Positions 53,901-64,000 of a stretch of DNA of 64,000 nt are shown piece by piece. Position 1 is the stretch's first letter; every line of letters starts with the position of its first letter. The stretch covers positions 6,055-70,054 of the forward strand of contig DASSNE010000034.1 of NCBI GenBank assembly GCA_035688265.1, written 5' to 3'. The notes below the pieces were generated by a model. That model had not been told where the DNA came from. It saw nothing but the letters and a program-made list of their open reading frames with translations, and did no database searches. Both the position numbers and the translations under genes were made by a program. The stretch comes from Gammaproteobacteria bacterium (GTDB lineage Bacteria > Pseudomonadota > Gammaproteobacteria > Natronospirales > DASSBR01).

Positions 53901-54256
53901 AGATGGTGGCGCAATACTACAAGGCGGCCGACACCGGCTTTGTCACCAACGCCGCCGACGGTTGTACCACGGTGACAATGCCCGGTACGTTCGCGGTGAA
54001 CAAGGGAGCAACCGAAACCGGCAGCACCACGCCGACATTTACCACGGCCGCCGCCGGCAGCTTCGGGCTGGTGTTGTCGGCGCCGGGCGAAGGGCATGAC
54101 GGCGGCGCCGATCTGACAGCTACTGTACCGTCATGGCTTCGATTCGACTGGAACGGTGACGGCATTTACAGCGACAACCCGACGAGCCGTGCCACTTTCG
54201 GTCTATACGAAGGAACCCCGCACCGCGTCTATCAGCAAGAAGTGGTGGGCCCGTAA
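50990..54256 (+). CDS. MshQ-like large secreted pilus-associated/adhesin-like protein
   Basis: 1088 aa from ATG 50990, with the signal peptide IAVLGLILLLPGIAKA. It is beta-rich and Thr/Ser/Gly/Asn-rich with Ig-like repeat character. It is the last gene of the msh-type cluster. Confidence 0.6.
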   Translation: MKLCRRYRRAIASEFIAVLGLILLLPGIAKAQAPQYVNSWFTNAQGAEVLCVGLKTPPETVPGDLMLAVFTLADGTPNKVGLTSIAAPDGWALVSDSGGTVLDQNSTDSTGFGIRQAVYYHIATSSEPAQVADPDCSKLPGNYIWHFSNDNPANANKGIRIMAGIVVYHGVDAADPFDAVSSAAAVSSNSITAPSITTTSSNDMLVGIFGSASNVGNAGFTAPATMTSPTGYNDSADVVTVYNEQSGAGPNGVSQMLADELFAGPGPTGNRIATGIFSNEAVAGQMLAIRGSRLDHFVIEATGGGAIGQQTAGQSFDVRILAVDSSGNVVTGFSGSVNLTSTGTLSAGGGTTPAFSDGELDNYSVTISNTGTFALTVTASGDSTMTGVSNNFNVVAGAFDHLALVMPAATNAGAIFPVTVSAVDSNGNIVAGFNDVVALSSTDPDAILPPPTALVDGTATFSVALYSAPQQTTITTSDTTNSGVSPASGVITVNVLTSGFNAFDTDTPAGNTVGSIKTKIAGQPVSLDIISLANGNYNGTVTVELIGDNTGFPTGCPAGVVPAGTTDSTGWVGLQQWTFDFKAVSGNRATMPAFTETNAWREARILISDGNQTYCSNDLFAIRPDHLGLVQVQDATRTTTGTVNTLNVASVGNTHVHNAGRPFRIAATGMDVNGNVTSNYDGSPEPVLPLQPAIAGCSSCVPGTLDVGIWNASGGTVVTTTATYSEAGAFATRLVDKHFADIDLGDGSTEAQRYIYSGTLTIGRFVPDKFVATFTQAPRFATGCTAFTYLGQPFTFDTAPVITVTAQNAAGEPTMNYAAIKADPADPFGRLTSSSLSAANAGWPSAGAASGGYSETDNSAGGSHLLDLAAVPAINAITIVSISGSTATLTFPAGTTLDVEKISNGAGASGEPPFNADIDLSLYVTDADAVQTTTAPVLYADIPFSGGSEMRYGRVFMNTAVGSELLPLPVEMVAQYYKAADTGFVTNAADGCTTVTMPGTFAVNKGATETGSTTPTFTTAAAGSFGLVLSAPGEGHDGGADLTATVPSWLRFDWNGDGIYSDNPTSRATFGLYEGTPHRVYQQEVVGP

Positions 54257-54373
54257 GCCTTCATTGACAGGCGGCCAATCTTCACCCCCAAGTGGCCCCA
54301 TTTGGGGTTTCAGACCGGTTGTTGCCGCGAACGGCGACGGTCATAATCCGCCCAACAACAATGGGAGTACGCG

Positions 54374-55042
54374 ATGAAAGTTATCGCAGGTTTCGTTTGT
54401 CTCGCGGTATTCGCCGGCGCGCCCGCGCTGGCATCGGCACAGGACATCCACGAGCCGTTGTTCGAGAACGGCTCGTATATCAGCTTTTTCGGCGGCGTCA
54501 CCGACCTGCACCACCACAGCTTTACGGTGCCGGCCGGCCATGTGGGCGTGTCGCCTGAAAACGGTGCCGCTTTCGTTCTAAGCGGCGGGCACGATTACGG
54601 CCGCGTCTGGCCACTCGGTCACGTGCGCGTCGAGATCGGGCTGGGTTATCGATTCAATGCGGTCGATACGCTGTCGTTGCCCGGCGGCATCGAGATGCCG
54701 AATCCGTCCGGCCGGGCGCGCGTCTGGAGCCTGACCTACAACGTCATCAATGATTTTCGCTCCGGTACCGGCTTCGATCCGTACATCGGCCTCGGCATCG
54801 GCTACGGTCACGTCGAAATGAACTACACGGCCAGCGGCGGCAACCTGCTGAAAGGTAGCGACAACGGCTTTGCGTGGCAGGCCATGATCGGCTTTCGCTC
54901 CGCACTGACGACGCATCTGAATCTGGACGTGAGCTGGCGATATTTCACCCTGGGCAACCTGCAGATCGATACGTCAGCCGGCTCTGTCTCTCCGAGTTAT
55001 CAATCCGACGCGGTGCTGGTTGGTCTGACCTACACGTTCTAG
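54374..55042 (+). CDS. Outer-membrane beta-barrel protein (OmpA-like/OmpW-like 8-stranded barrel family)
   Basis: It has the signal peptide MKVIAGFVCLAVFAGAPALASA, alternating amphipathic strands and the C-terminal VLVGLTYTF with a terminal Phe. Confidence 0.7.
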   Translation: MKVIAGFVCLAVFAGAPALASAQDIHEPLFENGSYISFFGGVTDLHHHSFTVPAGHVGVSPENGAAFVLSGGHDYGRVWPLGHVRVEIGLGYRFNAVDTLSLPGGIEMPNPSGRARVWSLTYNVINDFRSGTGFDPYIGLGIGYGHVEMNYTASGGNLLKGSDNGFAWQAMIGFRSALTTHLNLDVSWRYFTLGNLQIDTSAGSVSPSYQSDAVLVGLTYTF

Positions 55043-55058
55043 GGATTTCCTGCCGGGG

Positions 55059-55652
55059 TTACGGCGGATTTTTGCCGCGCGGAAAGTTGAACGCGCCGCT
55101 GCGGTGATTGCCGTTGGGGAACTGCGAGGCCGAATTCTGCTGATTCAGCACCGACCGGTGCCGCACGTAGAACGTCACCGGCGCCGCCTGCGCCACGGTT
55201 TTGCCGTCGCCGGCGACGATGCTGACGTTCAGCGTGTGTGTCCCGCGAACGACATGGGTCAGCGTGATCGACGTCGCGCGACTGTTGCCGATGTGCTTGC
55301 CGTCCAGCGCGTAGACGATCGTATCGCCGCGGCGCAGCGGCGGATCGACCACCACGGCCACCGGCACCTTGCCGTCATTGGCGTGAACGGTTGCCTTCGG
55401 CGCGGGCGACGTGACCGCGAGCTTGTCGTACGGCTTGGCCGCGGTTGTTTTGCCGTTCGCAGTCGGTGACGGCGGCGGCGCGGCAAAACTCGACAGGCCG
55501 GGCAGGTCGACCTTCCTGGCGCCGGGATGCGGTTGGTCCGAGTAGTGCACCACGCCGTTTTTGTCGGTCCACTTGTACATCGTGGTGTGGGTGGCGGCGT
55601 AGGCCGGCGCCACCCACAGGGCCGCGAACAGAATTAACGTAATCTGCTTCAT
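55059..55652 (-). CDS. DUF4124 domain-containing periplasmic protein
   Basis: A signal peptide is followed by MYKWTDKNGVVHYSDQP, the DUF4124 signature. Confidence 0.7.
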   Translation of the reverse strand: MKQITLILFAALWVAPAYAATHTTMYKWTDKNGVVHYSDQPHPGARKVDLPGLSSFAAPPPSPTANGKTTAAKPYDKLAVTSPAPKATVHANDGKVPVAVVVDPPLRRGDTIVYALDGKHIGNSRATSITLTHVVRGTHTLNVSIVAGDGKTVAQAAPVTFYVRHRSVLNQQNSASQFPNGNHRSGAFNFPRGKNPP

Positions 55653-55673
55653 GCGCCCATTATAGGCGAGCGC

Positions 55674-57083
55674 TCAGGCGCTGTAGTACATCTCGAATTC
55701 AATCGGATGAGTGGTCATTCTGAGGCGCTGTACGTCGTGCGACTTGAGCTTGATGTACGAGTCGATCAAATCGTCGCTGAACACGTCGCCCGCCTTCAGG
55801 AAGTCGCGGTCGCGATCCAGCGATTCCAGCGCCTGTTCGAGCGAAAAACACACCTGCGGCACGTTCTTTTCCTCTTCCGGCGGCAGGTTGTAGAGATCCT
55901 TGTCCATCGGCTCGCCCGGGTGAATCTTGTTCTGAATGCCGTCGAGGCCGGCGAGCATCATCGCGCTGAACAGGAAGTATGGATTCGCCATGCCGTCCGG
56001 GAAACGCACTTCGATGCGGCGCGCCTTCGGGTTGGTAATGTGCGGAATTCGGATCGATGCCGAGCGGTTGCGTGCCGAGTAGGCCAGCATGACCGGCGCC
56101 TCGAAGCCCGGCACCAGGCGCTTGTAGCTGTTGGTGCTGGGATTGGCAAACGCGTTCAGCGCGCGCGCGTGGCGGATGATGCCGCCGATGTAGTACAGCG
56201 CCGTCTCGGACAACCCGCTGTAGCCGTCGCCGGTGAACAGGTTCTTGCCGTCCTTTGCCAGCGACTGGTGCACGTGCATGCCGCTGCCGTTGTCGCCGAC
56301 CAGCGGCTTGGGCATGAAGGTCGCCGTTTTGCCGTAACTCGCCGCGACGTTCATGACCACGTACTTGAATGCCTGCACTTCGTCGGCCTTGCGCACCAGC
56401 GTGTTGAAGGCCACGCCGATCTCGCACTGGCCGGCGGTCGCGACCTCGTGGTGGTGCACCTCGGTTTTGAGGCCGAACTCCTCGAGCGCGATGCACATCG
56501 CGGCGCGGATGTCGTTCAGCGAGTCGACCGGCGGCACCGGATAATAGCCACCCTTGAGCCCGGGCCGGTGGCCCAGGTTGCCTTCCTCGAACCGGCGCCT
56601 GGAACTCCAGAAGCCTTCCTGCGAATCAATCTCGTGGAATGCGCTGTTGATCGACGAGCCCCAGCGCACGTCGTCGAAGATGAAGAATTCGTTCTCGGGG
56701 CCGAAGAAGGCGGTGTCCGCAATGCCGGTTGACTTGAGGTAAGCCTCGGCGCGGCGCGCCAGCGAGCGCGGGTCGCGGTCGTAACCCTGCATCGTCGCGG
56801 GCTCCACCACGTCGCAGACCAGGCTCAGCGTGGGCTCCTCGCAGAACACGTCGAGCGCCGCGCTCGCCGGATCCGGCATCAGGATCATGTCGGACTCGTG
56901 AATGCCCTTCCAGCCGGCGATCGACGAGCCATCGAACATCCGGCCTTCCTCGAACAGCGATTCGTCCAGGCTGTGCGCCGGCGCGCTCAAATGCTGTTCC
57001 TTGCCTTTGGCGTCGGTGAAACGAAAGTCGACGAAACGAATGTCCTTGTCCTCGATGAGCTTCAGGACTTCTTTGGGTTGCAT
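55674..57083 (-). CDS. glnA: Glutamine synthetase type I
   Basis: It shows [47 protein letters not shown], the adenylylation-site region MDKDLYNLP and a C-terminal [10 protein letters not shown]. The start is set at ATG 57083. Confidence 0.94.
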   Translation of the reverse strand: MQPKEVLKLIEDKDIRFVDFRFTDAKGKEQHLSAPAHSLDESLFEEGRMFDGSSIAGWKGIHESDMILMPDPASAALDVFCEEPTLSLVCDVVEPATMQGYDRDPRSLARRAEAYLKSTGIADTAFFGPENEFFIFDDVRWGSSINSAFHEIDSQEGFWSSRRRFEEGNLGHRPGLKGGYYPVPPVDSLNDIRAAMCIALEEFGLKTEVHHHEVATAGQCEIGVAFNTLVRKADEVQAFKYVVMNVAASYGKTATFMPKPLVGDNGSGMHVHQSLAKDGKNLFTGDGYSGLSETALYYIGGIIRHARALNAFANPSTNSYKRLVPGFEAPVMLAYSARNRSASIRIPHITNPKARRIEVRFPDGMANPYFLFSAMMLAGLDGIQNKIHPGEPMDKDLYNLPPEEEKNVPQVCFSLEQALESLDRDRDFLKAGDVFSDDLIDSYIKLKSHDVQRLRMTTHPIEFEMYYSA

Positions 57084-57130
57084 GGGACGGCGAGCCTCCG
57101 AGGTGGGAGTGGATGGGGGCAACGGCGCGT

Positions 57131-57138
57131 ATTATACA
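57131..57138 (-). promoter_or_regulatory. Extended -10 element (TGTATAAT) upstream of glnA
   Basis: The reverse complement of ATTATACA at 57131-57138 is TGTATAAT. It lies 48 nt upstream of the glnA ATG. Confidence 0.4.
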
Positions 57139-57230
57139 GAAGGCCGCGGCCGCAAACGCGCCTCGAACGTGCATCAAAGGCGTGCGCCGGGCTATACTGC
57201 GGCGTTTGTTTGCGGGCGAAAGCCTTGCCG

Positions 57231-58145
57231 ATGACGACCATAAACCCGACACCGCCAGCCGATTTCCAAAGCGTGATCTTCGCCCTGCAGCAGTACTGGG
57301 CGGCGCACGGCTGCGCCATTCTGCAGCCGTACGACATGGAAATGGGCGCCGGCACATTTCACACCGGCACCTTCCTGCGCGCGATCGGCCCGGAGCCGTG
57401 GGCGGCGGCCTACGTGCAGCCGTGCCGGCGGCCGACCGACGGGCGCTACGGCGACAATCCCAACCGGCTGCAGCGCTATTACCAGTTCCAGACGGTGATC
57501 AAGCCGTCGCCGCTCGATATCCAGGACCTGTACATCGGCTCGCTGGCGGCGCTCGGCATCGATCCGCTGGTGCACGACATCCGCTTTGTCGAGGACAACT
57601 GGGAGTCGCCGACGCTGGGCGCCTGGGGACTCGGCTGGGAGGTCTGGCTGAACGGCATGGAAATCAGCCAGTTCACCTACTTCCAGCAGGCGGGCGGCCT
57701 CGAATGCCGGCCGGTGACGGGCGAACTGACTTACGGTCTCGAACGCATCGCGATGTATCTGCAGGGCGTGGACAGCGTGTACGACCTTGCGTGGAACGAC
57801 CGCGGCCTGTCGTATGGCGACGTGTTCCACCAGAACGAAGTCGAGATGTCGAAGTACAACTTCGAGGAAGCCAATGTCGCCGCGCTGTTCGCCGCGTTCG
57901 ACACCTGCGAAAGCGAATGCCGGCGGCTGCTCGAAGACGCGCTGCCGCTGCCGGCCTACGAGATGGTGATGAAGGCCTCGCACGCCTTCAATCTGCTCGA
58001 TGCCCGCCACGCGATCTCGGTCACCGAGCGCCAACGTTTCATCCTGCGCGTGCGCGCGCTGTCGCGCGCCGTCGCGGAAGCCTGGTACGCGAGTCGCGAG
58101 GCGCTGGGTTTTCCGCTGTGCGATCGGGAGGCAGCGAATGGCTGA
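57231..58145 (+). CDS. glyQ: Glycine--tRNA ligase alpha subunit
   Basis: [39 protein letters not shown] is near-invariant GlyQ sequence. The start is ATG 57231. Confidence 0.94.
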   Translation: MTTINPTPPADFQSVIFALQQYWAAHGCAILQPYDMEMGAGTFHTGTFLRAIGPEPWAAAYVQPCRRPTDGRYGDNPNRLQRYYQFQTVIKPSPLDIQDLYIGSLAALGIDPLVHDIRFVEDNWESPTLGAWGLGWEVWLNGMEISQFTYFQQAGGLECRPVTGELTYGLERIAMYLQGVDSVYDLAWNDRGLSYGDVFHQNEVEMSKYNFEEANVAALFAAFDTCESECRRLLEDALPLPAYEMVMKASHAFNLLDARHAISVTERQRFILRVRALSRAVAEAWYASREALGFPLCDREAANG

Positions 58146-60228
58146 GGACTTCCTGGTCGAAATCGGCACCGAGGAGCTGCCGCCCAGGCGGTTGCGCGCA
58201 TTCGGGCGCGATTTTCACGAACGCGTGGTCAAAGCGGTGAGCGCGGCCGGGCTGATCGATGCGGGTGCCGCATCTGAGTGGTACTGCTCGCCACGGCGCC
58301 TCGCGGTGCTGATTCCGGACGTGCGCTCCGCTGAACCGGACCGGGTCGAGGAGCGACTGGGGCCGGCGGTCACCGCGGCCTTTGATGCCGGCGGCAAGCC
58401 GACCAAGGCGGCCGAAGGCTTCGCGCGGTCCTGCGGCGTGGCCGTCGATGAACTTAAACGGCGGCAAACCGATAAGGGCGAGCGGCTGGCATACCGGCAG
58501 CAAGTCAACGGCCGGCCCGCGGCGTCCGTGCTCGCCGAAGCAGTCGCGACGGCCGTCTCCGGCATGTCGATTCCGCGGCGGATGCGCTGGGGCGCGGGCG
58601 ACGCCGGTTTCATCCGCCCGGTGCACTGGCTGGTCATGCTGCATGGCAACGAAGTTGTCGAGTGCGAATTACTGGGCGTCGCCGCCGGCCGCGAAACCCG
58701 CGGGCATCGCTTTCATCATCCCGAGCCAATCAAGGTCACCTCGCCGTCGGACTACGCGGCGCTGTTGCGCAAGTCGGGCCACGTCGAGGTGGATGACAGC
58801 GCCGGCCATCTGGCGGCAGTCATTCAGGGACAGGCCATTGGCGCGGCGCAGCGAGCCGGCGGCCACGCGGCCGAAGCGCCTGATCTGGCCACCGAAGTCG
58901 CGGCGCTGGTCGAGTGGCCGGTACCGATTGTCGGCAGCTTCGCGGCCGACTTTCTGGCGCTGCCGGAAGAGGTCGTGGTCGCCGTGCTCGAAGGCCAGCA
59001 GCGCTACTTCCCGATCCGCGACGCCGACGACCAGCTGATGCCGCACTTCGTCGCGATCGGCAACATCGACAGCCGCGATCCCGACGCGATCCGCCGCGGC
59101 AATGAGCGCGTCGTGCGCCCGCGCCTGGCGGACGCGATGTTCTTCTGGCAAACGGACCTCAAGACGCCACTGGCGAAACGCGCGGCCGAGCTCGAGGAGA
59201 TCGTTTTTCAGGCCGGCCTTGGCAGCCTGGCGGACAAGGCGCAGCGTATCGCAGCGCTCGCGGCCGAGGTGGCGCCGGGCGATGACGTTGATGCTGCGTT
59301 GCTCGCGCGGGCGGCAAGCCTGTGCAAGTGCGACCTGGTGACCGACATGGTGGGCGAATTCCCGGAGCTGCAGGGCATCATGGGCGGCCACTACGCGGCC
59401 GCCGACGGCGAGCCTGCAGCGGTCGCCGAAGCAATTCGGGAGCATTATCTCCCGCAGCAGTCCGGTGACCCGATTCCCGCCAGCGCCATCGGTCAGCGAC
59501 TCGCAATCGCGGACAAGCTCGACACGATCGCCGGCGTTTTTGCACTGGGGAAGCGGCCGAGCGGCGACCGGGACCCGTTTGCACTGCGCCGCGCGGCAGC
59601 GGGCATCGTGCGTATCGCACTCGAAGCGCCGCTGGACATTGAGCTGGCGAAGTTGATCGGCGCCGCCGTCGCGGCACAACCGGTGCCGGTAAAGGACCGG
59701 GCCGCGCTGATTGCCGACATCCGCGCGTTTATCCTCGACCGGCTGCGCAGCCAGTACGACATCCGCATCGACGTGGTCGATGCCGTGCTGGCGCTCGAGC
59801 TGGATAATCCGGCGGATATCGATGCGCGCATCACGGCGCTCGCCGCGTTCGTCGATCAACCGGCGGCGCAATCGCTGGCGGCTGCCAACAAGCGTTGTGC
59901 GAATATTTTGCGCCAGGCTGACATGACGGGCGACCGATCGCCAAAGGCCGAAGACCTGATAGAAGCCGCGGAAGTCGATTTGTATGACGCCATCGAGGCG
60001 TCGCGCGATGACGTGGCCGCGCGGGTCGCGGAGCGCGATTACAAGGCGGCGCTGGCGACGCTCGCCACACTGCGCGAGCCCGTCGACAAGTTCTTCGACG
60101 ACGTGCTGGTGATGGACGAGCGCGCCGACGTGCGCCTCAACCGGCTCGCGCTGCTCGATTCGCTGCACCGCCTGTTTTCAACCACGGCGGATTGGGCCCG
60201 CATTCAAGTCGAAAGTGAACGAAGCTAA
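58138..60228 (+). CDS. glyS: Glycine--tRNA ligase beta subunit
   Basis: From ATG 58138 (overlapping the glyQ end) it begins [16 protein letters not shown]. It also shows [29 protein letters not shown]. Confidence 0.93.
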   Translation: MAEDFLVEIGTEELPPRRLRAFGRDFHERVVKAVSAAGLIDAGAASEWYCSPRRLAVLIPDVRSAEPDRVEERLGPAVTAAFDAGGKPTKAAEGFARSCGVAVDELKRRQTDKGERLAYRQQVNGRPAASVLAEAVATAVSGMSIPRRMRWGAGDAGFIRPVHWLVMLHGNEVVECELLGVAAGRETRGHRFHHPEPIKVTSPSDYAALLRKSGHVEVDDSAGHLAAVIQGQAIGAAQRAGGHAAEAPDLATEVAALVEWPVPIVGSFAADFLALPEEVVVAVLEGQQRYFPIRDADDQLMPHFVAIGNIDSRDPDAIRRGNERVVRPRLADAMFFWQTDLKTPLAKRAAELEEIVFQAGLGSLADKAQRIAALAAEVAPGDDVDAALLARAASLCKCDLVTDMVGEFPELQGIMGGHYAAADGEPAAVAEAIREHYLPQQSGDPIPASAIGQRLAIADKLDTIAGVFALGKRPSGDRDPFALRRAAAGIVRIALEAPLDIELAKLIGAAVAAQPVPVKDRAALIADIRAFILDRLRSQYDIRIDVVDAVLALELDNPADIDARITALAAFVDQPAAQSLAAANKRCANILRQADMTGDRSPKAEDLIEAAEVDLYDAIEASRDDVAARVAERDYKAALATLATLREPVDKFFDDVLVMDERADVRLNRLALLDSLHRLFSTTADWARIQVESERS

Positions 60229-60760
60229 AGCCGTCATCCTCGACCGGGACGGCGTCATCAACCACGACTCGCCGGACTACATCAAGAGTGCCGACGAGTG
60301 GCGCCCGATTGCCGGCAGCCTGGAAGCCATCGCGCAATTCAAGCGCGCGGGCTGGCGCGTCGCGCTCGCCACCAACCAGGCCGGTATCGCGCGCGGCCTG
60401 TTCACGCAGGCGGCACTCGACGGCATTCATGAGCGCATGCTCGCGGCCATTCGGGCGGCAGGTGGCGACATCGACGTGCTCGTTTACTGTCCCCACCGGC
60501 CTGAAGACCATTGCGACTGCCGCAAGCCGGCGCCGGGCCTTTTGCACGAGATCGGCCGCCGCCTGCAAATTGATTTGCACGACGTCCCGTTCATCGGCGA
60601 CACGCTCAAGGACATCGACGCCGCGCGCGCGGTCGGGGCACGGCCGCTGCTGGTGCGCACGGGGCAGGGCGAGGCCGCTCTCGCCGCACTCGGCGATGCG
60701 CCGGACGTGAGAATATTCGCCGACCTCGCCGCCGCGGCTTCCTATCTGACTGGGCAATAA
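60215..60760 (+). CDS. gmhB: D-glycero-beta-D-manno-heptose-1,7-bisphosphate 7-phosphatase
   Basis: It has HAD motif I (ILDRDGVIN), TNQAGIARG, the zinc-finger insert CPHRPEDHCDCRKP, and FIGDTLKD. GTG start. Confidence 0.88.
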   Translation: MNEAKAVILDRDGVINHDSPDYIKSADEWRPIAGSLEAIAQFKRAGWRVALATNQAGIARGLFTQAALDGIHERMLAAIRAAGGDIDVLVYCPHRPEDHCDCRKPAPGLLHEIGRRLQIDLHDVPFIGDTLKDIDAARAVGARPLLVRTGQGEAALAALGDAPDVRIFADLAAAASYLTGQ

Positions 60761-60766
60761 CCACCG

Positions 60767-61561
60767 ATGCTGTTTCTTCGTTCCCTGGTGTTTACCGTCT
60801 TCATGCTCGTCTCGGTCGTCATCTACGCGATCGGCGTGCTGTTCAGCCCATTGCTGCCGGCGGCGTGGCGCGAAGCGATTCCGCCCGCGTGGGCGAACCT
60901 CGCCCTCGGCGCCCTGCGGATCATCTGCAAGCTCGATTACCGTGTCGAAGGCGTGGAAAACATTCCCGCGCAAGTGGGCGTCGCATTCTGGAAGCACCAG
61001 TCGATGTGGGAAACCGTCGCGCAAATCGTCGTGTTTCCGCGCCAGTGCTGGGTGCTGAAGAAAAGCCTGATGTCGATTCCCTTCGTCGGCTGGGCGCTCC
61101 GGTTCTACCAGCCGATCGCCATCGATCGCGGCGCCGGCCGCCGCGCGGTCGAACAGGTCATCGAGCAGGGCCGCGAACGGCTCGCGGCCGGCCGCTGGGT
61201 CATGATCTTCCCGGAAGGGACACGCATGCCTCCCGGCACCACGCGTCGTTACGGCATGAGCGGCATTCTGCTGGCGGAAAAGACGGGCCGGCCAATCGTG
61301 CCGGTCGCCCACAACGCCGGCGACTTCTGGCGCCGCAACGGCATCCTGAAGCGCCCCGGCATGATCGTGGTGCGGATCGGCGAGCCGGTCTATACGAATG
61401 GCCGGCCGCTCGAGGTCGTCGCCAGGGAAATCCAGAACTGGATCGAGGCGCAGATGCGGGACATCAGCCCTGATTATGCCGGAACCTTTCTGGCTACAAA
61501 CGGCAACCGACGTCGCAGCACTAAAAATCGCGTCAACGGAGACACGCGGTGTGGTGATTGA
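60767..61561 (+). CDS. plsC: 1-acyl-sn-glycerol-3-phosphate acyltransferase
   Basis: It has an N-terminal TM helix and acyltransferase motifs KHQSMWET (HxxxxD/E variant) and IFPEGTR. Synteny after gmhB fits. Confidence 0.82.
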   Translation: MLFLRSLVFTVFMLVSVVIYAIGVLFSPLLPAAWREAIPPAWANLALGALRIICKLDYRVEGVENIPAQVGVAFWKHQSMWETVAQIVVFPRQCWVLKKSLMSIPFVGWALRFYQPIAIDRGAGRRAVEQVIEQGRERLAAGRWVMIFPEGTRMPPGTTRRYGMSGILLAEKTGRPIVPVAHNAGDFWRRNGILKRPGMIVVRIGEPVYTNGRPLEVVAREIQNWIEAQMRDISPDYAGTFLATNGNRRRSTKNRVNGDTRCGD

Positions 61562-61615
61562 TTTCACGGCGTCCCTGAAAGCGATTACCACACCGCGGGG
61601 CGTGTCGAAGCCAAG

Positions 61616-64000
<2,385 letters not shown>

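Noticed and set aside
57084-57230. Sigma-54 (TGGCAC-N5-TTGC) promoter and NtrC sites upstream of glnA
   Set aside because: The best candidate on the minus strand, GGCGCACGCCTTTGATGC, has wrong spacing and lacks the GC of the -12 element. Only a sigma70-like TGTATAAT could be supported.
58669-61591. 499-aa (58669-60168) and 484-aa (60137-61591) minus-strand ORFs
   Set aside because: They lie antisense to glyS, gmhB and plsC, all of which have strong family motifs on the plus strand.

Overview
High-GC proteobacterial chromosome segment (hand-counted 60-nt sample lines give about 63-68% GC). Most of it is housekeeping, with gammaproteobacterial-type synteny: gpmI-envC-yibQ divergent from yibN-grxC-secB-gpsA, then ubiE-ubiJ-ubiB, aceB-aceA, trmL, pyrD, glnA, glyQ-glyS-gmhB-plsC and a partial gyrB. 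It also carries an NHEJ module (LigD plus two tandem Ku genes), two hybrid histidine kinases (one with about 20 tandem HAMP domains at an exact 276-nt DNA period), and a complete MSHA-type type IV pilus cluster of about 18 genes (36.9-54.3 kb). The accessory part lies at 1.4-9.7 kb. A tRNA(CAT) is preceded by three tandem 136-139 bp repeats that each start with a tRNA 5' fragment. Downstream lie an AAA+/DUF4143 ATPase-nuclease and a sharply AT-richer four-gene operon (sample lines 42-47% GC). That operon encodes a beta-class DNA methyltransferase, an SF2 helicase, a PD-(D/E)xK-like protein and a MORC/GHKL-type ATPase. It is followed by a 77-bp diverged copy of part of ligD and a wHTH-Fic/Doc-like protein with a degenerate active site. 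The GHKL cassette at 3496-7965 is my best candidate for a poorly characterised or uncharacterised defence system. Other oddities: 16 CTAG-containing heptamer repeats in the gpmI/yibN divergent promoter region, a 90-bp MITE-like palindromic element (2 copies, one supplying the stop and C-terminal tail of isocitrate lyase), composite REP-type palindromes, and an extra membrane-protein gene inside the pilus cluster. No rRNA, CRISPR array, integrase or transposase was seen. All calls come from reading the ORF translations and the sequence by eye; no database search was possible.
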